This document shows, piece after piece, positions 29,956 through 39,047 of a stretch of 64,000 nt of DNA. The notes under the pieces are model-generated. The model searched no databases. It saw only the letters and a program-made list of their open reading frames with translations, and was not told where the DNA came from. The position numbers and the translations under genes were made by a program. The stretch is from positions 2,469-66,468 of the forward strand of contig VGER01000003.1 in NCBI GenBank assembly GCA_016869235.1. Reading direction: 5' to 3'. The DNA is from Alphaproteobacteria bacterium (GTDB lineage Bacteria; Pseudomonadota; Alphaproteobacteria; UBA2966; CAIVPW01). The stretch's first letter is position 1. Every line of letters starts with the position of its first letter.

Positions 29956-30966
29956 CTAGCCAAGCCGCGCCATGGCCAGCGCCGTGTCGATCATGCGGCA
30001 GGCGAAGCCCCACTCGTTGTCGTACCAGGACAGGACGCGGGCGAAGTTGTCGCCGACGGTCTTTGTCTCAAGTAGGTCGATGGTCGAGGACCAGGTCGAG
30101 TGGTTGTAGTCCGACGAAACCAGAGGCTCATTGGAGACGTTGAGGATGCCTTTCAGGCGGTTGCCCTTGGACGCCTCGATGAACGCGTTGTTGATTGCAT
30201 CGACCGTCACCTTCTTGCTCGGTACGAACTTCAGGTCGATGACCGAGACGTTCGCGGTGGGAACGCGAATGGCGGTGCCGTCGAGCTTGCCCTTGAGCTC
30301 GGGTAGCACGAGCTGGACCGCCTTGGCGACGCCCGACGAGGCCGGGATCATCGACAGGGCGGCGGCGCGCGCCCGGCGCGGGTCCTTGTGCAGGGTATCC
30401 TGCAGGCGCTGGTCGGCGGTGTAGGAGTGAATCGTCGTCATGAAGCCCTTCTCGATGCCGAACGCCTGGTGCAGCACCATCGCGACGGGCGAGAGGCAGT
30501 TCGTTGTGCACGACGCGTTCGAGACGACCGTGTGTTTCTTCTCGAGCTTGTCGTTGTTGACGCCGTAGACCACGGTGAGATCGACGCCGTCGGCGGGGGC
30601 GGAAACCAGCACGCGCTTGGCGCCGGCCTTGAGGTGGGCCTCGGCCTCCTCGCGCTTGGTGAAGCGGCCGGTGCACTCCAGCACCAGATCGACGCCAAGA
30701 TCTTTCCACGGCAGCTTGGCCGGGTCCTTCTCGGCCAGGACCTTCATGGCGCCCTTGCCGGCATCCATGGTGTCCTTGGTGGTGGTGACGGTGCCGCCGA
30801 ACCGGCCGTGGATCGAGTCGTAGCGGAACAAATGCGCGTTCTCATCGACCGAGCCGAGATCGTTCAGCGCGACTACCTGCAGGTCGGGACGATTGGTCTC
30901 GAGGATCGCGCGCAGTGCAAGTCGGCCAATACGCCCAAACCCGTTGATTGCTACCTTGGTCGCCAT
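29956..30966 (-). CDS. gap: Glyceraldehyde-3-phosphate dehydrogenase
   Basis: [15 protein letters not shown]...[10 protein letters not shown]...WYDNEWGF. Confidence 0.92.
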   Translation of the reverse strand: MATKVAINGFGRIGRLALRAILETNRPDLQVVALNDLGSVDENAHLFRYDSIHGRFGGTVTTTKDTMDAGKGAMKVLAEKDPAKLPWKDLGVDLVLECTGRFTKREEAEAHLKAGAKRVLVSAPADGVDLTVVYGVNNDKLEKKHTVVSNASCTTNCLSPVAMVLHQAFGIEKGFMTTIHSYTADQRLQDTLHKDPRRARAAALSMIPASSGVAKAVQLVLPELKGKLDGTAIRVPTANVSVIDLKFVPSKKVTVDAINNAFIEASKGNRLKGILNVSNEPLVSSDYNHSTWSSTIDLLETKTVGDNFARVLSWYDNEWGFACRMIDTALAMARLG

Positions 30967-31035
30967 TCGATCTCTCCCGTCGATGCGATAGTGCGTTGGC
31001 CCGATTCGATGAAGCTGGACGCGAAAAGGTTCCGA

Positions 31036-33060
31036 TTACTTGAGTTTTGCCTTCGCGGCGGCCGCGACGTTCGCGGCGGTGACGCCGAAATGGTTGTAGA
31101 GGTCCTTGATCGGCGCGGAGGCGCCGAACGAGGTCATGCCGACAAAGGCGCCGTTCTTGCCGACCAGGCGATCCCAGCCGAACCGCACCATCGCCTCGAT
31201 ACCGACGCGCACGGTGTTGACGCCGAGGATGCGGTCGCGGAACGCCTCGGGTTGCTTCTCCAGGAGCTCGAAGCTGGGCACCGAGACGACGCGGGTGGCG
31301 ACGCCTTCGGCCTGCAGCACCTTCTGCGCCTCGAGGGCGATGTGCACCTCGGAGCCGGTGCCGAGCAGGGTGACCTTGGCGGTGCCGGCGGCCGGTGAGA
31401 TCTCGTAGGCGCCGCGCGCGCACAGGTTCTCGTCGGTGTGGGTCTTGCGCACGGTGGCGAGGTTCTGGCGGGTGAGGGCCAGTACCGACGGACCGGTCTT
31501 GTGCTCGATGGCGATCTGCCAGCACTCGGCGGTTTCGACTGCGTCGGCCGGGCGCAGCACCAGCACGTTGGGCATGCAGCGCAGGGCGGCAAGGTGCTCG
31601 ACCGGCTGATGGGTCGGACCGTCCTCGCCAAGGCCGATGGAGTCATGCGTCATGACGTAGATGACGCGCTGGTGCATCAGCGCCGAGAGGCGCAATGCCG
31701 GGCGCAGGTAGTCGGTGAAGATCAGGAACGTGCCGCCGTACGGGATGACGCCGCCGTGGAGCGCCATGCCGTTCATGGCGGCGGCCATGCCGTGCTCGCG
31801 CACGCCGTAGTGCATGTAGCGGCCCGCCCAATTCTTCGGGTTCATCACGCCCATCGGCTTGGTGAACGTCAGATTGGAGTGGGTGAGGTCGGCGGAGCCG
31901 CCGATCATCTCGGGCACCACCGGGTTGTAGGCCTCGAGCGTCAGCTGGCTCGACTTGCGCGTAGCGACGTTCGGCGCCTCGGTCGAGAACTTGCGCTTCA
32001 GCGACAGCACCGCGTCCTTGAAGGCGGACGGCAGGGTGCCGCCGACGCGGCGGGTGAATTCGTCCTTCTTGGCCTTGTCGAGCTTGTCGAGGCGGACGCG
32101 CCAATCGGTCGCCGCCTTGAGCGAGCGGGTGCCGGCCTTGCGCCAGGCAGACAGGATGTGCTCGGGGACGACGAACGGCCCGTGCGGCCAGTTGAGCTTG
32201 ACGCGCGTCGCCGCAACCTCGTCCTTGCCGAGCGCGGCGCCGTGGGCCGACTCGGAGCCCGCCTTGTTGGGCGAGCCGTAGGCGATGATGGTCTTGCAGG
32301 CGATCATCGACGGCTTGTCGGCGACGGCCTGGGCCTCCTTGATGGCCTTCTTGATCTCGGCGGGGTTGTGGCCGTCGATCGCCTGGACGTGCCAGCCGCA
32401 CGAGCGGAAGCGCGCCGGCTGGTCGTCGCTCTCGGAGAGTTCGGTCGGGCCGTCGATGCAGATGGAGTTGTCGTCGAAGAAGACGATCAGCTTGCCGAGC
32501 TTGTAGTGCCCGGCCATGGAGATCGCCTCCTGGCTGAGGCCCTCCATCAAGCAGCCGTCGCCGGCGATGACGTACGTGTGGTGATTGACGATGTCGCCGC
32601 CGTACAGCGCGTTCAGGTGGCGCTCGGCAAGCGCGAAGCCGACCGAGTTGGCGATGCCTTGGCCGAGCGGACCGGTCGTGGTCTCGATGCCGGGGTGCTT
32701 GGCATGGCCCTCGAACTCCGGGTGGCCGTTGGCCATCGAGCCCAGCTGGCGGAAGCGTTTGAGCTGGTCGATCGTCCACTTCGGGTAGCCGGTGAGATAC
32801 AGCAGCGCGAACTGCAGCATCGAGCCATGGCCGGCCGACAGGATGAAGCGGTCGCGATCCGGCCACTCGGGCTGGGTCGGATCGAACTTGAGGAACTTGG
32901 TGAACAGCACGGTCGCCACGTCGGCCATGCCCATCGGCATGCCGGGGTGACCGGAGTTTGCTGCCTCAACCGCGTCGATCGACAGGAACCGGATGGCATT
33001 CGCCATGTCAGTGTGCGTGACGCCGGTCTCCGTCTCGATCTTCTTTGCTGCGACGGCCAT
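31036..33060 (-). CDS. tkt: Transketolase
   Basis: ...ANAIRFLSIDAVEAANSGHPGMPMGMAD...GDGCLMEG...; 674 aa. Confidence 0.9.
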   Translation of the reverse strand: MAVAAKKIETETGVTHTDMANAIRFLSIDAVEAANSGHPGMPMGMADVATVLFTKFLKFDPTQPEWPDRDRFILSAGHGSMLQFALLYLTGYPKWTIDQLKRFRQLGSMANGHPEFEGHAKHPGIETTTGPLGQGIANSVGFALAERHLNALYGGDIVNHHTYVIAGDGCLMEGLSQEAISMAGHYKLGKLIVFFDDNSICIDGPTELSESDDQPARFRSCGWHVQAIDGHNPAEIKKAIKEAQAVADKPSMIACKTIIAYGSPNKAGSESAHGAALGKDEVAATRVKLNWPHGPFVVPEHILSAWRKAGTRSLKAATDWRVRLDKLDKAKKDEFTRRVGGTLPSAFKDAVLSLKRKFSTEAPNVATRKSSQLTLEAYNPVVPEMIGGSADLTHSNLTFTKPMGVMNPKNWAGRYMHYGVREHGMAAAMNGMALHGGVIPYGGTFLIFTDYLRPALRLSALMHQRVIYVMTHDSIGLGEDGPTHQPVEHLAALRCMPNVLVLRPADAVETAECWQIAIEHKTGPSVLALTRQNLATVRKTHTDENLCARGAYEISPAAGTAKVTLLGTGSEVHIALEAQKVLQAEGVATRVVSVPSFELLEKQPEAFRDRILGVNTVRVGIEAMVRFGWDRLVGKNGAFVGMTSFGASAPIKDLYNHFGVTAANVAAAAKAKLK

Positions 33061-33077
33061 AGACGTTCTCCCCCGAA

Positions 33078-34037
33078 CTAGATGGCGTGCACGCCGACCT
33101 GCGCCTTGACCATGTGATAGGCGATCAGGAGCTGGGTCAGTGCGAGCGGATGGCTGATCTTCTGGCTCTGCTTCTCGTCGACGTAGCTGCCGACCTTTGC
33201 CCGGAGGTGCTGCGCCTCCGGAAGGTGCCCCCAGATGAGGTCTTCCAGCTTCTTCGCCTCGTCGTCGGCGATGTTGCCCGGGATCTCGAGCACGTCCACG
33301 GGTTTGCCGTCACGGTCACGCACCAGTTCGAGGTGCAGGCCGTTCTTGATGCCGGAGTCGAGGATCGGCGAAAGGTCCGGATGCGGCAGGGTGGGGCGCA
33401 ACGTATGACGCACGTTCAGGTGCGCGCCCGACTCCTTGGCGTTGTTCTCCGGCGGATAGAAGCTCACCACGATGTCGGCGAAGGTGCGCTGCGGCCAGAT
33501 GAAGGCGGGCGAATCCTTCTCGCGCTTCTTCAGCGACTTCAGCACTTCTTCCTTCGTGTAATGACGCTTGGCGGTGTCGCGGGCGATCTTCCAGCGGATG
33601 CGCAGGTCCTCGTCGGGCTCAACGTAGATCTTCACGTCGTACAAGTCACGCAAGCTACGCGTGGTGAAGCCGAGCAGTCCCTCGAAGACGATGAACTCCT
33701 TCGGCTCCACGTACACCGGGCGGTCGAGGGTGCCGTGGTCGTGGTTGTAGATCGGCTGCAGAATGGGCTGCCCCTGGGAGAGCAGGCGGATGTGCTGCTC
33801 GAGGATGTCGATGTAGTTGCAGCGAGGGTCGAGCGCCGACAAACCGTTCTCCGCTCGCTCCTTGCGGTCGTAGCGGTGGTAGTCGTCGGTGCAGATTACC
33901 GTCACGCGATCCGGCCCGAGGATGTTGGCGATGCCGGCGGTCATCGTCGTCTTGCCGGTCGCCGAGTCGCCGACGATGCCCAGGATCGTATGTGGCTTCT
34001 TCTTGGCGCCCATAATGAACCTTCCCGTGCTGCTCAT
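33078..34037 (-). CDS. prk: Phosphoribulokinase, cyanobacterial/plant-like (class I) type
   Basis: ILGIVGDSATGKTT (P-loop), ...VICTDDYHRYDRKER...ALDPRCNYIDIL...PIYNHDHG...KIYVEPDEDLRIRWKIARD... Confidence 0.85.
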   Translation of the reverse strand: MSSTGRFIMGAKKKPHTILGIVGDSATGKTTMTAGIANILGPDRVTVICTDDYHRYDRKERAENGLSALDPRCNYIDILEQHIRLLSQGQPILQPIYNHDHGTLDRPVYVEPKEFIVFEGLLGFTTRSLRDLYDVKIYVEPDEDLRIRWKIARDTAKRHYTKEEVLKSLKKREKDSPAFIWPQRTFADIVVSFYPPENNAKESGAHLNVRHTLRPTLPHPDLSPILDSGIKNGLHLELVRDRDGKPVDVLEIPGNIADDEAKKLEDLIWGHLPEAQHLRAKVGSYVDEKQSQKISHPLALTQLLIAYHMVKAQVGVHAI

Positions 34038-34114
34038 CTGAGATTACTCGCCCCTCCCACGGGACGATTCTCCCTGTAAGGAATAACCACTCGGTACCGG
34101 AACAAGAGCCTGGG

Positions 34115-35332
34115 CTACTTCGCCAGGATCTTCTGCACAGGGTTGCTGCGCAGTCGCGTCGCCACCGGCATGTTTGTGCCGATCAACGGGCGGCAGTAAT
34201 TCATGAACGCCTCCGTCACGTCACAGTTGTTCGACGCGATGAAGGAATCGTCCATAACCTGGGTTTTGCCCGCCACGTCCTCGAGCCGCGAGAAACGGTA
34301 GTCGATCGCGTAGTTGCCGATACGGTGCATCGTAACGGTGCCGTCGCCCTTGCCGAATGCGGCGAATTGCACCGCCTTGGCGCCCACTTCACGGGCCTCG
34401 CGCTGGTCGGAGTCCGACACGCAGCCGAGGAATGAGCGCTGCAGGTAGCCGAAGGTGTCGCCGCGCACGCGCTTGATCTTGAGGTCGTTCTTGATCTTGT
34501 CGGTGAGCAGGTCGGCGAGCGCGCCGGTGCCCGAGAGCTGCACGTTGCCGTGGGCGTCGCGCTCCACGTTCGGGCCGGCAAGCTTGGTGATGATGGGCGT
34601 GCCGTCGGCGTCGTGCACGCCCTCCGAGACGGCGATGACGCAGCGCTTGTACTGGTCGTTGACGCGCTTCACGTCGGCAAGGAGGCGCGGCACGTCGAAC
34701 ACGCGCTCCGGCAGGTAGATCAGGTGCGGACCGGCGCCCGGATAGCGGCGCGCCAGCGCCGACGCGGCGGTGAGGAAGCCGGCGTGCCGGCCCATGACGA
34801 CGCCGACGTAGACGCCGGTGAGTGCCTCGTTGTCGAGGTCGATGCCGGCGAACGCACTGGCGACGAACCGTGCCGCGGAGCCGAAGCCCGGCGTGTGGTC
34901 GTTGACCATCAGGTCGTTGTCGATGGTCTTCGGGATGTGGATGCAGGTCAGCGCGTACTTCGCCTTGCGCGCCTCTTCCGCGACAATGCGCACGGTATCC
35001 GAGGAGTCGTTGCCGCCGATGTAGAAGAACGTGCCGATCTGGTGCGCCTTCAGCACGCTCAGGATGTTCTGGCAGTACTGCAGGTCTGGCTTGTCGCGCG
35101 TGCTGCCGAGCGCGGCGCACGGCGTGGCGGCGACCGCCTCGAGGTTCTCGGCCGTTTCCTGGGAAAGGTCGACGAAATCTTCGTTGACGATGCCGCGCAC
35201 ACCGTGACGTGCACCGTAGACGTTGGTGACCGCCGAGAAGCGACGCGCTTCGAGGGCGACGCCCACCATCGACTGGTTAATGACGGCCGTCGGACCGCCG
35301 CCTTGCGCGACGAGCACCTTGCCCTGCAACAT
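34115..35332 (-). CDS. pfp: Phosphofructokinase, predicted PPi-dependent (Pfp)
   Basis: GGGPTAVINQ, IGGNDS, and IPKTIDNDL (Lys rather than Gly in PxTIDND, as in PPi-PFKs). First gene of the cbb operon; GGGAGGAG RBS. Confidence 0.8.
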   Translation of the reverse strand: MLQGKVLVAQGGGPTAVINQSMVGVALEARRFSAVTNVYGARHGVRGIVNEDFVDLSQETAENLEAVAATPCAALGSTRDKPDLQYCQNILSVLKAHQIGTFFYIGGNDSSDTVRIVAEEARKAKYALTCIHIPKTIDNDLMVNDHTPGFGSAARFVASAFAGIDLDNEALTGVYVGVVMGRHAGFLTAASALARRYPGAGPHLIYLPERVFDVPRLLADVKRVNDQYKRCVIAVSEGVHDADGTPIITKLAGPNVERDAHGNVQLSGTGALADLLTDKIKNDLKIKRVRGDTFGYLQRSFLGCVSDSDQREAREVGAKAVQFAAFGKGDGTVTMHRIGNYAIDYRFSRLEDVAGKTQVMDDSFIASNNCDVTEAFMNYCRPLIGTNMPVATRLRSNPVQKILAK

Positions 35333-35345
35333 TCCAACTCCTCCC

Positions 35346-35385
35346 TGCCGGTGCTGTCGCAGCGTTGCCGGTGCTGTCGCAGCGT
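35346..35385. repeat. Perfect 20-bp tandem duplication (tgccggtgctgtcgcagcgt x2) directly upstream of the pfp RBS
   Basis: Read directly in the sequence at 35346-35365 and 35366-35385. Confidence 0.8.
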
Positions 35386-35558
35386 TGTCCGCCGTCGCAC
35401 CGCGCGCGCCTGCTGGCGTCCGCCCGCCTGCGGACGCCAGCAGCTACCCTCACAAGAACTCACCGGGAGCAACCCTGGCGCTCGCCCCGCCGCCCGTGCC
35501 CAACGACCCCGGAGCGCGCTCATTATACGAATTCGTGAACCCGAAAGAACCCCCAATT

Positions 35559-35605
35559 GGGTAGGTCGTACCTACCCTAACAGGCAGCTACTTGGTCCTA
35601 CCCAC
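35559..35605. promoter_or_regulatory. Heptamer inverted repeat GGGTAGG-N5-CCTACCC plus a third CCTACCC 21 bp away, between the LuxR-type regulator and the cbb operon
   Basis: gggtaggtcgtacctaccc at about 35559-35577 and cctaccc again at about 35599-35605, in a locally lower-GC segment. NarL/FixJ-family proteins bind heptamer pairs. Confidence 0.4.
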
Positions 35606-35620
35606 CAGAGAGGGTGGCAA

Positions 35621-36388
35621 TTATCCAACCCTCGAGCGGCGTTCGGCAGTGCGTCCCGGTGTCGCGGGTAGGCCGGCGGACGCCGGCGTCGCGGGCGCCA
35701 GGCGGCCGCCTTCGACCTGCGCGGAGAGATACGCGTTCACCGCCTGGGTGCGGTTGTGCACCCCGAGCTTGCCGTACAGGTTCTTGAGGTGGAACTTGAC
35801 CGTGTTCACGGAGATGCCGAGGTCGGCAGCGATGTTCGCGGCGGGGCGGCCGGCGCGCAGCAGCGCGAGCAGCTCCTTTTCGCGTCGCGTCAGCGCCACG
35901 AACGGATCGGTGTCGAGGGTGCGGACATCGAGGTAGGGGAACACCATGCGCCCGTCGGCGACGGCGGCGACGGTGTCGAGAAGCTCCTCCGGCGGCGCGT
36001 TGCTGGAGCAGAAGCCGGCCGCGCCAAGCGCCATAACCTGGCCCGGCAGGTCGGCAGCCGGATCGTCGGCGTAGACGACGATACGCGGCGCCTCGGCGCG
36101 GTCGCGCAATGCCTGCAGTACGCCGCGGCCGTCGAGGTACGGCATAGCCCAGCCGATGATGCCGACCTTGAACGACAGGCGCTCGACCGCCTCTAGGAAA
36201 CGCTCGCCGTCGGCGGCGACGGCGACGACACGGAAGCGCTCGTCCTCGGAGAAGATGCGCTCGAGACCGGACAGCACCACCGGGCTGCGGTCGGCGAGCA
36301 CGACCCGGACGGGCAGAGGCTTGGCGCGTTTCGGCCGCGCGTCGTTGTGCTGCGGCGCTTCCGTGCGCGGGTCGGCCATCAGCCCCAC
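35621..36388 (-). CDS. LuxR/FixJ-family transcriptional regulator with an atypical (apparently aspartate-less) receiver domain
   Basis: C-terminal GerE/LuxR HTH (LTRREKELLALLRAGRPAANIAADLGISVNTVKFHLKNLYGKLGV). The N-terminal REC-like fold has VVLADRSP in place of DD, and GIIGWAMPYLDG where the phospho-acceptor D of LLDLRMPGMDG should be. Confidence 0.65.
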   Translation of the reverse strand: MGLMADPRTEAPQHNDARPKRAKPLPVRVVLADRSPVVLSGLERIFSEDERFRVVAVAADGERFLEAVERLSFKVGIIGWAMPYLDGRGVLQALRDRAEAPRIVVYADDPAADLPGQVMALGAAGFCSSNAPPEELLDTVAAVADGRMVFPYLDVRTLDTDPFVALTRREKELLALLRAGRPAANIAADLGISVNTVKFHLKNLYGKLGVHNRTQAVNAYLSAQVEGGRLAPATPASAGLPATPGRTAERRSRVG

Positions 36389-37369
36389 AGCTCCGCGGGC
36401 GGCGGCTGCATAAGGCCGCCGTCATAGGCGATGCCGGGCGTGCGGTCGTGGCTCAAGAGCAGCGGCGCGTCGAGGTCGATCACCGACGCGAACGCGCCGA
36501 GCAGGAACGCCGGCGCTATGCCGAGAGACGTGCCGATCATGCAGCCGATTATCACCCCGATGCCTCGCTCCTGCGCATATTGCACCCTGCGGATGGCCTT
36601 GGTGAGGCCCCCGGCCTTATCGAGCTTGATGTTGATGAAGTCGTAGCGGCGCGCCGCCGCCGCCAGGTCCTGGGTATCGTGCACAGACTCGTCGGCGCAC
36701 AGGGGCACACCGCGGCCAAGGCCGTCGAGGGCCGCGTCCTGGCCGGCGGGCAGCGGCTGCTCCACCAGGCGAACGCGCAGCCGGGCGAGTTCGGCGGCGT
36801 ACTCGGCGTACAGCACCGGCGTCCACGACTCGTTGGCGTCGACGATGATCTCGGACTCCGGCGCCTCGGCACGCACGGCACGGATGCGGGCAAGGTCGTC
36901 GGGCCCGCCGAGATTGAGCTTGAGCAGCGGCCTGTGCGCGTTTTCCGCCCGCGACGGCCGCCATCGCCGCCGGCTTGTCGAGGGCGATGGTGTAGGCCGT
37001 CACCAGCGGTTGCGGCTCGGGCAGGCCGGCGAGCTGCCAGACCGGCACCTTGCGGCGCTTGGCCTCGAGGTCCCACATGGCACAGTCGAGGGCGCTGCGA
37101 GCGGCGCCGGGGCCGAGCTCCGCCTGCAGCTGGGCGCGGGTGAGGTTGCCGGTCTCGACGCGCTTGCGCAGCCCCTCGATCTGCCCGGCGACTTTGTCGA
37201 GCTTCTCGCCGAGGCGGCGGTACGGTACGCCTTCGCCGCGGCCGCGCACGCCGTCCTGGTGGATCTCCACCATCAGGACCTCGGCCGCCCACTTGCGGGC
37301 GCGCGTGATGCTGAACCCTCCGCCGATGTCCCACGATTCTTCGCGGACGATGAGGCAGCGCGGAGTCAT
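36379..37369 (-). pseudogene. L-Ala-D/L-Glu epimerase (enolase superfamily, MR/MLE) with a frameshift at an A4 run near 36925
   Basis: N-part ...VTAYTIALDKPAAMAAVAGGKR in the frame of ORF 36617..37369. C-part PLLKLNLGGPDDLARIRAVRAEAPESEIIVDANESW...DESV...NIKLDKAGGL in the frame of ORF 36379..36876. Confidence 0.6.
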
Positions 37370-37381
37370 GGAATGCTCCCT

Positions 37382-37420
37382 CTCCCGCCTTTGGCGGGAG
37401 AGGGCTGGGGCGAGGGTGGG
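37382..37420. repeat. Left inverted repeat flanking the DUF559 gene (ctctcccgcctttggcgggagag...cgagggtggg)
   Basis: Its reverse complement matches the right repeat at 37792-37827 over about 30 nt, with a 12-nt insertion. Confidence 0.6.
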
Positions 37421-37427
37421 TAAGAGC

Positions 37428-37777
37428 TCATTTCGGCGATCGGAGCTTTGCGCGGATGGTCTCGACGACTCCGTCGAGGTTCTCCGTCACCTCGTTGTTC
37501 CAGAAGCGAATAACACGGAATCCAAGCAGTTGGAGCGCGTGCGTGCGCACTTCATCAGAAGCGACTCGGCGTGCTGACCGCCGTCGATTTTGACTGTCAG
37601 ACCGGCGCTTCTGCAGCAGAAGTCGGCCACGAAAGGACCCAGCGGTACTTGTCGGCGGAAACGGAAGCCGTCAATCGCGCCCTTGCGCGACTTGCCCCAG
37701 ACGAGACGTTCTGCCTCCGTCATGTCACGACAAAGGCGCCGCGCCGCGCGGGTCCTGTTGGGCGAGACGATCGCCAT
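37428..37777 (-). pseudogene. DUF559 (Vsr-like endonuclease fold) protein with a frameshift near 37545
   Basis: ...FRFRRQVPLGPFVADFCCRSAGLTVKIDGGQHAES in one frame. The conserved tail DEVRTHALQLLGFRVIRFWNNEVTENLDGVVETIRAKLRSPK* is in the adjacent frame. Confidence 0.55.
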
Positions 37778-37791
37778 ACGCTCCGTTTCAG

Positions 37792-37827
37792 CCCACCCTC
37801 GCCCGCCAAAGGCGGGAGAGGGGGTGG
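37792..37827. repeat. Right inverted repeat flanking the DUF559 gene (cccaccctcgcccgccaaaggcgggagagggggtgg)
   Basis: See the left repeat. Both contain the hairpin ctcccgcc-tttg/caaa-ggcgggag. Confidence 0.6.
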
Positions 37828-38892
37828 CTACAGATCAAGCACCAACCGGGGCGTCTCCGAGCGGCTGACGCAGGTGCACATGCGGTTGGCCTTGCGCTCG
37901 GCCTCGAGGAGGACGTTGTCGCGATGGTCGGGCATGCCCTCCAGCACCTGCACCGAGCAGGTGCCGCAGGTGCCGATCTTGCAGTCGTAGTCGGACTCGA
38001 CGCCGGCAGCGAGCATCGCGTCGAGGATGGACATGTCCTTCGGCACCTGGATGGTCTGCCCGGAGCTCTTGATGACCACCTCGACCGGACCGTCGCCGGG
38101 ACGCGGCTCGGGCTTCTTGAAGACCTCGGAGTGCACCGCGCCGTCGGGCCACTTGTACTCGTGGCCCAGGGCGTGGACCTCCTCGATCATGCTGGTCGGC
38201 CCGCACGCGTAGACGTGCGTGCCCGGCTTGGGCCGACTCATGATGGCGCGCAGGTTGAGGCCGCCCTTATTGGGGTCGCGGCCGACGTACATGGTCGACT
38301 TGCCGGTGAAGCCTTCGACCTGCGGCCGGAACGCCATGCGCTCCCTGGTGTGGCCGGTGTAGTGGATCTCGAAGGACATCGACTCGGCGTCGAGTTCGTA
38401 CGCCATGGCGAGGATCGGCGCGATGCCGACGCCGCCGGCGATGAGGATCGAGTGCTCGGCGTCGGGGCGCAGCTCGAAGAAGTTCTTCGGCGGCGTGATC
38501 TCGATGACGTAGCCGAGGCGGACATTCTCGTGGAGGAAGACCGAGCCGCCGGTGGAATGCTCCTCCCACTTGACGGCGAGGTGGTAGACGAAGGGGTTCT
38601 CGCCGGGCGGGCTGGCGATCGAGTAGGAGCGCCGCGCCCGCACCTTGCCGGGCAGGATGACCTCGACGTCCACGTGCGCGCCGGCCTTGAAGGCGGGCAG
38701 GGGCGCGCCGGACTCGGAAACCAGTTCGATGCCGCGGATATCCTCGGCCTCGTGGCGCAGCCGGTGCACCTTCACGCGCATCAGCTCGGGCAGCGCCGGC
38801 TTCTCGTCTTCCGGCGGCGGCGGGGCAGCTGCATCCGGCGGCATCTCGGCGGCGGCGGTGGGGGGCGTCTCGGCACTCGGTGCTTGGGCCAC
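37828..38892 (-). CDS. PDR/VanB-type oxidoreductase (FNR-like FMN/NAD domain plus C-terminal 2Fe-2S ferredoxin) with a Pro/Ala-rich N-terminal extension
   Basis: ...RRSYSIASPP..., GGVGIAPILAM, C-terminal CKIGTCGTCSVQVLEG. GTG at 38892 is preceded by AGGAGG. If translation starts at MRVKV (38781) the extension is not made. Confidence 0.65.
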   Translation of the reverse strand: MAQAPSAETPPTAAAEMPPDAAAPPPPEDEKPALPELMRVKVHRLRHEAEDIRGIELVSESGAPLPAFKAGAHVDVEVILPGKVRARRSYSIASPPGENPFVYHLAVKWEEHSTGGSVFLHENVRLGYVIEITPPKNFFELRPDAEHSILIAGGVGIAPILAMAYELDAESMSFEIHYTGHTRERMAFRPQVEGFTGKSTMYVGRDPNKGGLNLRAIMSRPKPGTHVYACGPTSMIEEVHALGHEYKWPDGAVHSEVFKKPEPRPGDGPVEVVIKSSGQTIQVPKDMSILDAMLAAGVESDYDCKIGTCGTCSVQVLEGMPDHRDNVLLEAERKANRMCTCVSRSETPRLVLDL

Positions 38893-39047
38893 GAGCGATT
38901 CCTCCTGTTGTTCGTGGGTCGCCTGGTTCGCGGGTAACAAACAACGAGATAATCGGTGGCTCGGCAAAACTCAACCAACGCGCCCCGGCGCGCTTCTTGC
39001 GCGCCCCCGATGACGCTCGGGCGCGACAGGCACGGGCGTGTCGGAGT

